DNA of 64,000 nt. It comes from Lophium mytilinum. Its lineage: Eukaryota. The DNA is taken from positions 2,356,001 to 2,420,000 of the forward strand of contig MU004181.1 of assembly GCA_010093605.1 (NCBI GenBank), in the 5' to 3' direction. Below are positions 13,550 through 23,553 of this stretch, one piece after another. The stretch's first letter is position 1. The number at the start of each line of letters is the position of its first letter. Below the pieces are notes generated by a model. It was not told where the DNA came from. It saw nothing but the letters and a program-made list of their open reading frames with translations, and made no database searches. Both the position numbers and the translations under genes were made by a program.

Positions 13550-15973
13550 TCAGCTAACACTCCTACCGCTCGAAAATACTTGAAGCAGCGCCTCTCCCTC
13601 CTCTGGACTTAGGTATTCATCCAGTAGCTGGTGTGCCGCATCTACCACCTCATCCTCAATGCCCGCCTCCAAGACTAAAGCATCGCTGAATGCGAGACGT
13701 GTCAAGGCGACAAGGTGTTTGTGACTTCCGCCTTGGATCACACTCAGCCTCGCCCTCATGTCAACCTCGTCCGAAAAGGAAGTCACCAGGTGGTATAGGA
13801 TGCGCATAGAAAGATTGATCGAAGAGACAATAACAGAGTGCATGAGTGTCCTGTAGTTGTAAAGAGCATCGATTTGATCATGCATGAAGCGAACGAGACG
13901 GCCAATGCAATGACGATGCTTCGCAAGGACTCGCCCACCATATTGATGAACGCACAGACCGCCTAATACGCGGAGCACTTGAATGCGTAGCTCGCAAATA
14001 GAAAGGGGGTGGTACGCATTGCTTTTGGTAATTGGAGTACGTGGATCTTGTAAGGATTCAGGAGTCTCGAAGAGCAAAAGAGTTAGACGATCTATTGTGT
14101 CGGTCTCTCGCTTGGCTTGTTGATCTGGCCCAGAGTCGGCTGGAACGATTGCACCAATAGTGCCCGGAAGTGAGCTAGTGCTCAGAATTCGGAGCATCAG
14201 CATAATTTGGTCCAATGGCTGCGCCTTCATGAGCATGAGCAACACAAAATCGTTCGGCATGCATTGCCAAAACTTGGAGGTAGCTTCCGAAGAGGTGACG
14301 CAGCTTGTGGCAATGGTATGTAGAAGAGACAAGCAATCCAAGACCTGAATCTCACTGCGAAGCTTCCTTTGTAGAGGCGCATCCCGGTCGGGAATGAAAG
14401 TTGGATTGGTTGAAGCTCGAGCAATTGGAATAGCGACGAGATCTACCGAAGCTAGAATCAGAGGTAGTGCCTTCTCAGTAATCGCAATTGCAGTTTGCAT
14501 CTTTTCCGTAGCCAGTATGAATCTCATTGCGTCTACGAGAAGGTAGATAGGCGTGTAGAAAGCTTCCTTCAAGCATTGATCCCACAAATTCATGAAAATG
14601 TGACAAAACTGCTGCGGAAAATGATCCACTTGCGATTCAGGATTCCATGTGGCTAAATCGTCGTATACCAAGGAGGATAGCATCTTGCTTGGGTTGGAAG
14701 GAAATGCGTAATGGGTGAGGCTTTCGAAGGTCCGGTCGTGTCCACTGCTCGGTCGATGATTAAGAAGCCGCCGCATGAACTCAAAACGATGCTCGTCTTT
14801 CTCAAGCTTCGCTAGCAGAGCGAGATCAAGCTCTTGATATGGCAATCCGTGGACCACTGGCGGCTTTGACTTTTCGCGGGGCTCGCTGAGTTGCAATGGC
14901 TGTATAGGGCTCTGGTCCATTGCGGGGCGTTTCCTTTTCCCTCCTTGTTTTGGCGTGACAGCTTTAGGGCGATCGCGAGCCTTCGAGGGGGAGACCATGA
15001 CAATGTCTTCGTCGTCGAAACCGTCTCTGAAAGGCAAAATCTTGTGTTGTCGCTTGGGAGTGACTGCCTGGCTCACAGGACCAGCCTTCGCTTTATTTGC
15101 AGCTCCATCTTTCAGGTTCTTCTTGGACTGTTTCGCCTTCGCGGCCTCTCTCGCCAAGTCGTGTTCTAGAAACAGATTGTTGGTCTCGATCACTTCCCTA
15201 TCTTTTTTGGTTTTGTCCAATTCGGCCTTTTGTCTCGCTACAACGTCCGCGTGAGCCTGCTGCATGACAGAAATCCTTCGCTCGTACTCTTTTGTAACCT
15301 TGTCGTGCTTGCTCCGGACTATGGCTATTTCTCCAGCCTTCGACATTGCAGCAGACTTGGCGTCCTCGACAGACTTGAGAAGTCTCTCTTTTTCGCGTTC
15401 AAGCTCCTGTATCCGTTCCTGAAGCTCATTGGCGGCTGGAGCAGCCTCATGTGCCTCTACATCCACGTCCATGTCGTCACCATAAGACTCTCCAACGTAT
15501 CCGCGCCCCCTTTCTGCTACTTGTTGTACCTCATGACTCTTCGGTGCCTGTTCAGAGCCCCCAAAGCTGTTCTTGAAAGTGTGAAGTCGACTCGGGTAGC
15601 CACCTTGGAGGGGGACTGCGGCCCTGTGAGTCCATTGTGCTGGGGCCTTGGGGACTGCCGCTCGGTGACTGGGTTTGTCTGGCACGGGCTCCTCGTCGAG
15701 GTCGACGACTATCTCGTCGTCATAGCCGTAGTCCGAAGAGGGCGGCTCAGGATTCGTCTTCGAAGCGCGATTGTGGGGGATTGTCTTATTGAGCGGGGCA
15801 CGATCCGACTGGAGAGGAGCGCGTTGGTGTTGAAGAGACTGTACCACCTTCGACTTGACAGCCTTCTGTTGCTGGGTGGAGAGGATCGCTGCCGATTCCA
15901 GGGCATAGAGATCGTTGTCGGGGAGGTCGTCCAGGGCATCGTCGAAGCCGAATTCGTCGTCGTCGTCAGCCAT
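13550..15973 (-). CDS. ATRIP / Rad26 / UvsD-like checkpoint protein
   Basis: 807-aa single ORF: acidic N-terminus, coiled coil with KAGEIAIVRS, LPFRDGFDDED, helical C-terminus ending AHQLLDEYLSPEEGEALL, as recalled for fungal Rad26/ATRIP. Confidence 0.82.
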   Translation of the reverse strand: MADDDDEFGFDDALDDLPDNDLYALESAAILSTQQQKAVKSKVVQSLQHQRAPLQSDRAPLNKTIPHNRASKTNPEPPSSDYGYDDEIVVDLDEEPVPDKPSHRAAVPKAPAQWTHRAAVPLQGGYPSRLHTFKNSFGGSEQAPKSHEVQQVAERGRGYVGESYGDDMDVDVEAHEAAPAANELQERIQELEREKERLLKSVEDAKSAAMSKAGEIAIVRSKHDKVTKEYERRISVMQQAHADVVARQKAELDKTKKDREVIETNNLFLEHDLAREAAKAKQSKKNLKDGAANKAKAGPVSQAVTPKRQHKILPFRDGFDDEDIVMVSPSKARDRPKAVTPKQGGKRKRPAMDQSPIQPLQLSEPREKSKPPVVHGLPYQELDLALLAKLEKDEHRFEFMRRLLNHRPSSGHDRTFESLTHYAFPSNPSKMLSSLVYDDLATWNPESQVDHFPQQFCHIFMNLWDQCLKEAFYTPIYLLVDAMRFILATEKMQTAIAITEKALPLILASVDLVAIPIARASTNPTFIPDRDAPLQRKLRSEIQVLDCLSLLHTIATSCVTSSEATSKFWQCMPNDFVLLMLMKAQPLDQIMLMLRILSTSSLPGTIGAIVPADSGPDQQAKRETDTIDRLTLLLFETPESLQDPRTPITKSNAYHPLSICELRIQVLRVLGGLCVHQYGGRVLAKHRHCIGRLVRFMHDQIDALYNYRTLMHSVIVSSINLSMRILYHLVTSFSDEVDMRARLSVIQGGSHKHLVALTRLAFSDALVLEAGIEDEVVDAAHQLLDEYLSPEEGEALLQVFSSGRSVS

Positions 15974-16024
15974 GCCCGGCAGCTTGGACGTCGGAGCCCC
16001 TCAGCATGGCTTGCAGGAGGAGAA

Positions 16025-16037
16025 ACGCGTTCGGCGC
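16025..16037. promoter_or_regulatory. MCB (ACGCGT) element plus adjacent CGCGT in the ATRIP/CDS1 divergent region
   Basis: ACGCGT at 16025-16030 followed by GCGCGT, about 50 bp upstream of the ATRIP-like ATG. Confidence 0.5.
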
Positions 16038-16429
16038 GTGTGCAAGCAGTGTGTATTTGCTGTGTTGTGTTGTATCTAGCTTCGTTGCTTTCACCTAGAT
16101 GCTGGGTGCCTGAGGTGCCAACACTGGAACCCTGAGGCGCTCAAATTCGTCCGCGTCGCGCCGACTCGCTGGGACAAGATGACGTCCAGCGAGCCTCCGT
16201 CTTTCACCAGCCCACTCCAACCTCAAATCCGGTCTGCGCTGCCCCCTCTGATTTTCCGTCCTTCTGCTGCTTACCCTCTCGTCTCCTCCTCAGTGCTCGC
16301 CCGGAGCAACCACGGGTCGTCCTCACAAGCAGCCCCTCTGCGGTCCCGGTTCTCCCGTTGTACTATCCAGTTAGGATTCACGCATATCCAGCATTTCTCG
16401 CGACAGTCCAAAGGGACCTGCGCCCGACC

Positions 16430-18009
16430 ATGGCACGACCGCGCAAAGACGTCAAGTTCCAGCACCGGAGTGGTAGCAATGGCAAGGCGCGTAGACCCAG
16501 CAACAGCATGTCTGAAATCAGTGAGAACGGCTCCGAGCCAAGCAGCCCGACGAGGAATGGAGCTATCTCGAAATCAGATGTACTCAAAGCCCGCTTGATA
16601 TTCCTTCTGCGCTTCTGACCTTTGTAATAGGTGCCGGAACCTCCTCCTCAGTCTGACTATGAGAAGAAGAAGCAGACTTTTGTCACCCGTACGATCTGGA
16701 CGCTTGTTATGATTGGCGGATTCTTCTGGGCACTCCTCGCAGGCCATATCTACATTATCATAATCGTCACTGCTGTGCAGATAATATCCTTCAAGGAGGT
16801 TATCGCCATAGCCAACGTACCCAGCCGGGCGCGAAGCTTGCGCTTTACAAAAACCCTGAACTGGTACTTTCTTGGTACCTTCATGTACTTTCTTTACGGG
16901 GAGAGCGTCGTCTACTACTTCAAGCATGTTCTCCTCGTCGACAAAATCCTCCTCCCCTTGGCTACCCATCACCGCTTTATAAGCTTCATGCTGTATCTCA
17001 TCGGTAGGCTTCGTACCCACTCCAGTGCCACAGGCGTCTGCAGCAAAACTAACTCTTTTAGGCTTCGTCTTCTTCGTGGGTTCGTTACAGAAAGGCCACT
17101 ACAAATTCCAGTTTACCCAATTTGCGTGGACACACATGGCGCTATTCCTCATCGTTGGCCAAGCTCACTTTATAATTAACAACATTTTCGAGGGCATGAT
17201 CTGGTTCTTCTTGCCAGTGTCTCTCGTGATTACCAACGACATATTTGCCTATCTTTGCGGCATCACCTTCGGGAGGACACCCCTGATTAAAATCTCGCCC
17301 AAGAAGACCTGGGAAGGCTTCCTTGGCGCTTGGTTCTTCACTATCCTCTTCGGCATCGGGTTCACGCATTATATGGCGAAGGACAAGTACTTCATATGTC
17401 CTGTCAACGTGAGTGTTCCACCTGTACCTGCGCTATGGCCTTTGCCAATCACCATGTTGCAGGATCTTGGGGCGAACTTCATGACGGGTTTAAACTGTAC
17501 CCCGAATCCGGTTTTCATCCCCCACACATACACATTTCCTGCGCCACCACCCTCGTGGACCCATCTGCCAAGTCAAGTCTCCATCGCCCCCATCCAGTTC
17601 CACGTTCTCGTTTTTGCGACTTTCGCATCTCTAATTGCACCTTTCGGCGGTTTCTTTGCCTCCGGACTCAAGAGGTCCTTCAAGATCAAGGACTTTGGCG
17701 ATTCAATTCCGGGCCATGGAGGTATGACCGACCGTATGGACTGCCAATTCATCATGGGTTTCTTCGCCTTCATGTACTACTCGAGTTTCATCGCCACACA
17801 TCAGGCTAGCGTTGGCGGGATTATCGAAGCTGCTATTACGGGCCTCACACCGGAGGAGCAGATGGAGGTTGTGAAAGGCTTGAGCAAACATCTCGTCAAC
17901 CAGGACATTATTTCACCCAAGGTATAACATAATGCGCACCTTCAAAAACATCTACTAATATATGCTGCAGGTTCTTGAGTACCTTGGCACTCAGCTTCAC
18001 CGAAGGTGA
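16430..18009 (+). CDS. CDS1: Phosphatidate cytidylyltransferase (CDP-DAG synthase)
   Basis: ISPKKTWEGF, SGLKRSFKIKDFGDSIPGHGGMTDRMDCQ signature; four introns; last exon VLEYLGTQLHRR-TGA. Confidence 0.96.
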
Positions 18010-18452
18010 TCTACCGCATATCTTCCCAAGTAGTGTTGCTCTTGGAGAGAAGAGGCGGGGCGACCTGCTAGTTTTTGATAAGGAGAATCATATGACCTGT
18101 AGGTGAGCGGATCGACTTTTTGATCGACCTGCACTTGACAGAGCCTGCACGCACTTCGCGAGTTTCTTTGTATATACCCCTTCGCTTCTCTTCTTGGGTC
18201 GTATAGGTGTCCCCTTTGTAATTTGCCCACGGGTGTGGCTCATTAGGTAGTGGCTCGGATGTAATCAGGAGGAGATGACCTGTCCACAAGTCGTCTAAGA
18301 CGTCTCAGGCGTCAAGTGACAACTTGGAACTAAGAAAAAGTTTACAAAGCGTCAATGAGTATTCTCCTTGTGGGGAGGTGTTCCGCAATGTCACAGTACG
18401 CCTGCGCGGTACACGATCATTCCGAACCCCAATATTCTATGTTCAACCATCC

Positions 18453-21272
18453 TCACCGACCGCCCTTCAAGCCTTCCAATGCCAATACCAGTCTTTCCCA
18501 CCCCTCCGTCCCCTCCCAACTCTCCTTCCCCCTGCCCATAATCCCTCTTACCGCACTCCTAGCCTTGAACCTCCAATCCTTCGCCACTAGTTCGCCGCTC
18601 CCTGCCGCCAACCCCTCCGTCCGCTCCATCTCACCAAGACTCTCATATGCATCCGCCAGCTCCACCGTCGCATCCACCACCCCTTGCCACTGCTCCTTAC
18701 TCCCCGTCTCCCATCCTGGTTGCCCCGTGACAGCACGCCACGCCTTCTCATGCGCCGCCAGCGCCGACGACGGCTGCCGCCGAAACAACGCCAGCCGTGC
18801 CACCACCTGCCACAACTTGGCCGACGCCGTGATCAGAGGCACGACGTGCTTGTCGACCAACTCGACCACCATGCGTGCGAGGCCCGGCTTTGCGGGGTCG
18901 TACGGCTCAGTCGCGACGATGGCGATGTGCCGCACCAGCGCCGCGAGGATCGACTCGTCCACGCACGTCTCGCCGTCCGTCGCCCCGCGTAGCTCGCAGA
19001 TGCGGGTCTGCGCGCGGATGATGTCGTTGTAGGCGGGCGGGATGGTCGAGGCGGCGACGGTGAGGAGGTTGGACCAGATGCGGTAGCTGTCGTGCTTGAG
19101 GGCGGCGGCGCGGCGAAAGGCTTTGAGGGCGTCGAGGCGAGGTTGTTGGGGGGTTGTGTGGTGAGCTGCGAGCGGGTGGGAAGCGGGGCCGTCTTCTTCC
19201 TCCTCCTTTTCTTCTTTTGGAGAGGAGGGTTCGGCGGGGCGGAGATGCAGCAGAGCGGCGGCGAGGTTGCTCCAGGCTTCGGCGTCTGTGTCGTCGAGTT
19301 GGACGCAGCGGGAGAAGGACTCGACGGCGTTTTTGAATTGCGAGAGCTCGAGATGTGCGCACCCGAGGGCGAACCAGCTAGATTGGTTTAGGGCGTTCAT
19401 TTTCAGGGAGGCGGAGTAGGCTGTTATGGCGCGATCGTAGTCTTTGAGGGTAAAGTAGTGGCGGCCCAAGGAGCGCTGGGCGCGGGCGTAGCGGTTGTTA
19501 GACACTATCCATGCGGTCTCGTACATGGCTGTGTCGTGGTCGATGTCGCCCAGGAGACAGTACAGTCGAGGCGCGTCCGCGGGAGCGGGTTCTCTTAGGC
19601 GTCCTTCCCATTTCTCCTCGTCTAGATCCGCTGTCTCGTCAGGCCCAGTAGTGGCGTGGAAGAGTTGACGACGGATGATCTTCTTGGCTTTGTCTTCCCT
19701 CTCCGTAGCGGCCCAGCATAGCGCAGCTTCAGCCCACATCTCGAGTCTCTCGTAGATTTCCAGCGCGGACCGGAGACCTCCCATGCTGACCCATCTCGAG
19801 GCCAACTCTGCCTCGAGCTCCCAGCGTGAGGGTGAGCAGAGTTGGAAAATATACTTCATCCGCTCGCTCACTGGTGCTGAATCGGTTTCGTTGGCCTTTG
19901 GGAGGAATGTAGTCGTACCAGTTGGAGCTGGGCTGTCAGAAGTGGTGTCTGCAATGACTTGATCGACGAGAGCCTGAAGCTGTAGCAGGCCACGCTCTAT
20001 TGTTCGCGATTTGTACCCTTCAATCCTACTTCGCACAAGGAGCGCCTGGGTATATACCTGCCAGTTTGAGCTTCCACCATCTAGCACGCGGGTGGCATAG
20101 GGTATAGTCTCTTCTCTCGTTAGGCCGTCTGATGGAGAAGTGTTTGTGATAGAAGAAGCGAGAGACAGGAGGATTATAGAGTCCAGAGGCTCCAAGAGTG
20201 GTTGATTCGCAGGATCCAAAGCGGTCAAGGAAGCAGGGAGTTTCGATTCGTCCTTGATATCTGTTGACGAAATTGATGTGTCGACAAACGAGATAGATTC
20301 AAGAAGCGTATCGTCATTAAGATCAAGGTTTTTAGGTCTTGAAGAATCGACCTTCACTTCTTCACTGGGCGCCTCGTTCGTATTTACAGCGCTTCGAGCT
20401 AATACCAAAAGCTGACTTGTGTCAAACTGCTGGAATTTGGTCCTCTTTCCAAGTAATCCGGTGAGAGCAAACTCAAAGTGCCGCTGTGAAGCTGCCTCGT
20501 CGAGATCAGAACGAGCTTTCTTATCTAGCCCATGATGTGTATGGATCGATGCACGTTCGAGAAGAAACAGTACTCTAAGTTCAGGAGTGGAATATTGTGA
20601 CTCAGAAGAGAGCAAATCAGCTTCCAAAACCTCTAGGGTTTCATAGATAGAAGATTGTAATGAGGGTGCGATCTCGGACAGCAATCGCTGGTGTAAGAAA
20701 GTGGTTCGAAGCTTTACCCAGGCAGCTGCCTTAACGTTCTTCTGAATTGGTGGGCTTGATAGAATTGTGTCCGCGAGACAGAGGAGCTCAATATTTGGGG
20801 TCAGTTTGTATGCAGCTTCTCCATCAGCGCCGAGTGAATGAATTAGATCCTGCCTCAGTTTGAACACTGCAGACGGATTCGAAGAGATCTCTTGAGGGAA
20901 GAGAAGCTTTGAAGAGGAGAACGCCAGAGGAGGTCCAGTGACATTAGACTGTAGGAAGGCGTATAAGCACGCGACAGCTACGACAAGAAAAAGGTGCTGC
21001 AGATACGCTGCGGAGTCTTGTGATTCTTCCTCGCGGTTCGCAAGAAGCAGTCCTAGACGGCGGAAAATGTAGTCGCTCCATAAGGGGAAGTCGCTCGTAG
21101 CTATATCTTTAATCTTCTCGTTATCTCGGAGGCCTAAGAGTATCGCAACTTGAGGTGATTGGAGAATTGCATCGTATTCGCCCTTCTCCAAGTGATTCAG
21201 AAGATCACCAAGAACAGACAAGAGATCGTCCGGAAGAGTGGTTCTCAGAAAGCCCAAGTAAGCATCCGCCAT
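18453..21272 (-). CDS. EMW1: TPR protein, EMW1/TTC27 family
   Basis: 939-aa ORF with AFLQSNVTGP, LTGLLGKRTKFQQFD, LNDDTLLE, RYARAQRSLG, TPR repeats (AEAWSNLAAA). Confidence 0.88.
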   Translation of the reverse strand: MADAYLGFLRTTLPDDLLSVLGDLLNHLEKGEYDAILQSPQVAILLGLRDNEKIKDIATSDFPLWSDYIFRRLGLLLANREEESQDSAAYLQHLFLVVAVACLYAFLQSNVTGPPLAFSSSKLLFPQEISSNPSAVFKLRQDLIHSLGADGEAAYKLTPNIELLCLADTILSSPPIQKNVKAAAWVKLRTTFLHQRLLSEIAPSLQSSIYETLEVLEADLLSSESQYSTPELRVLFLLERASIHTHHGLDKKARSDLDEAASQRHFEFALTGLLGKRTKFQQFDTSQLLVLARSAVNTNEAPSEEVKVDSSRPKNLDLNDDTLLESISFVDTSISSTDIKDESKLPASLTALDPANQPLLEPLDSIILLSLASSITNTSPSDGLTREETIPYATRVLDGGSSNWQVYTQALLVRSRIEGYKSRTIERGLLQLQALVDQVIADTTSDSPAPTGTTTFLPKANETDSAPVSERMKYIFQLCSPSRWELEAELASRWVSMGGLRSALEIYERLEMWAEAALCWAATEREDKAKKIIRRQLFHATTGPDETADLDEEKWEGRLREPAPADAPRLYCLLGDIDHDTAMYETAWIVSNNRYARAQRSLGRHYFTLKDYDRAITAYSASLKMNALNQSSWFALGCAHLELSQFKNAVESFSRCVQLDDTDAEAWSNLAAALLHLRPAEPSSPKEEKEEEEDGPASHPLAAHHTTPQQPRLDALKAFRRAAALKHDSYRIWSNLLTVAASTIPPAYNDIIRAQTRICELRGATDGETCVDESILAALVRHIAIVATEPYDPAKPGLARMVVELVDKHVVPLITASAKLWQVVARLALFRRQPSSALAAHEKAWRAVTGQPGWETGSKEQWQGVVDATVELADAYESLGEMERTEGLAAGSGELVAKDWRFKARSAVRGIMGRGKESWEGTEGWERLVLALEGLKGGR

Positions 21273-21831
21273 CTTTTGTAGCTCTTTGGGTGTCTTTGAG
21301 GAGAAGAGAAGGATCTCAAAGTATGAGTCGATAGAATGCCATGGATTAGGTGGTGGTCAGGGTGGTGGAGGCAAAATCAAATTCTCGCTTGCCATCTTCG
21401 GCCAAAAACCGCCTACGAACCAGAATATTCAGTCTTAGGAATAGCACTGCTCTATGTAAGACTGCTGTTGCACATATAAGGGGGTCTGATTTTGTAACAT
21501 CACTTTATCAAATTCGATCTCAAGGCTTTAATATCATCTTCCCTAAAATGATGCATTGCTTTACATGTGTCAAATGCGGGGAGACCCTAACTTTTAAATT
21601 ACGGTCAGACATAGTTCTTCATCATAGCGATTCGTAAAGTAATACAAGGATAGTTGACTAGTTCATCATCATAAAAATGGACACACAATAGAAAGCTCGA
21701 AGGAATCTCCCATTGAGCAGGTCATCTGCTCGATCCAACCCTAGGTAGCATCCAGCCGTAGCCGCCTTGTCAGGACAACAAAACACCGGTAATAAAACAA
21801 GAACTAATAACACTCTTAAACGACTCTCAGA

Positions 21832-22715
21832 CTAGTCAGAGTCACTGCTACTAGAAGACGAAGAGCTGCCGCCTCGGCTGCGCGACCTCTTCTTTTGCTT
21901 CTTCCCGCCGTGGCTGCCAGCATACAAGCCGCCCATACCAGCAGAAGCAGCATATCCGCCGCTGCCTTGTTTCTTGGACTTCTTTTCCTTCTTCTTCCTG
22001 CGGAGAAGTCAGTCACTGACGTTTCAAGCAATTCGATTTAGTTCCACTTACTTATCACTCTTGCTGCTCAACACATTGGCACCAATGGCGCCCGCTACAA
22101 GACCTCCAATCGTCCCGAGAGGGCCACCTCCTAGCTTGTGGCCAACGAAGGCTCCGCCGGCGCTGCCAATGAGAGTGGAGCCTAGACCACGATCGCCTTC
22201 GGCACCAGGGGCGCCAGGGGCTCCATACTGACCCTGTTGCTGGTGTGCTGGGTCGTAGCCACCGGGGGCAGCGGGAGCGCCGTATCCTTGCTGCTGAGGA
22301 GGATATGGAGACTGGCCACGACTCGGATCACCGTGCTGCTCGTAGCCTTGCTGCCCATATGGAGCGGCTTGATGTTGGTCATAGGGTGGAGCGTAGGCGC
22401 CCTGCTGGCCAGGCGGCGGGGATTGGTAGGGAGAATGGGCTGGAGGAGGGTATTGGCCCTTTATCTTGGTTAGAAGAAGCGCGAGAAAGCATGTGTATTC
22501 GCGCGCACCTGTTGCGGGGGGTAAGGACTGCCTCCTTGGGCGTACGGGTCATGGCCGCCATAGCCTGGAGAGGGCTGGCCATACTGTCCTTGCGGTGGAG
22601 CTCCGTAGCCCTGCTGTGGGGGCTGGTTGTAGCCACCTTGGCCGTAGTCTGCGGACGGTTAGTTGCAGTCCGTTGATGATTGTCTAGTGATAGACTTACA
22701 GTCTTGTCCGGACAT
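21832..22715 (-). CDS. Gly/Pro/Tyr/Gln-rich protein with glycine-zipper (2TM) motif; 4 exons, missed by the ORF track
   Basis: Hand-spliced: MSGQDY YGQGGYNQPPQQGYGAPP...GAEGDRGLGSTLIGSAGGAFVGHKLGGGPLGTIGGLVAGAIGANVL...KKKKEKK...SSSSDSD-TAG; GT/AG introns with branch sites. Confidence 0.85.
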
Positions 22716-23553
22716 TGTAGGGGTTCAGGGTCGATATCGAAAGAAGGCGGTCGGTTGCGTGAGGTTGAGGTTGAGGGTGAGTCGGCTTACTGTAGAGGTA
22801 TGATTAGGCGGGGGAGGCGTGTTGGTTGGAGAAAGGCAACACAGGGCCTCTTATACGAAACAGCGCGCATGGACGGGCGGCTGGCCGGGAAAGAGCGGCA
22901 GCACGCAACAGCTGAAGCTGACCAGCAGCTCAGCCCTGAGCTCCCCGCCAGATTGCACAGTCCGCGAGGGGCAACGCCACGAATCTTGGCCTCGGGGACG
23001 ACGTCCATTCCGAATCGGGCAAGGTGGACACCTGCGCCACTAAGGCACCGCCTCAGTCGGCGCCTCCGACCTCAACAACATCGCGTCGCGAGATCAACAT
23101 CACCGCCCTCCTCAACGTCATGCAACACGTCTGCTTCCTCTCCTCGCCCCAGCTTACGCGAAATCTCCTTGTCTGTGCTTGACGATGCTCAGTCATGTCT
23201 GGCCACGCCCCGGGCAGCATGAGGATGTGGTCGACAGCTGCCCTTTGTCGTCTTGATTGAGAACAAAGGCCTTGTCTTTGAGACCTTATGGCTTTTTATA
23301 TCCCTATTTTCTTTGACATATACAAATCAAAATCCAAAAGACCTCAGACCCCCTTTAACATATTCACGACTTGTCTACGTTCGGTACTTGATGCCTCTTG
23401 TCCATCGCACGCGTCAGTATTCAGACGAAACTGCAACCTTCACCAAGATTGAGCAGATACACGGCACGACGCATCCTGTCTTGACGACAGCGTTCCTGAC
23501 GTTCACAAGCTTTAGATGCCCCTCAACCCCACCACATAATCAAGCAAACAATA

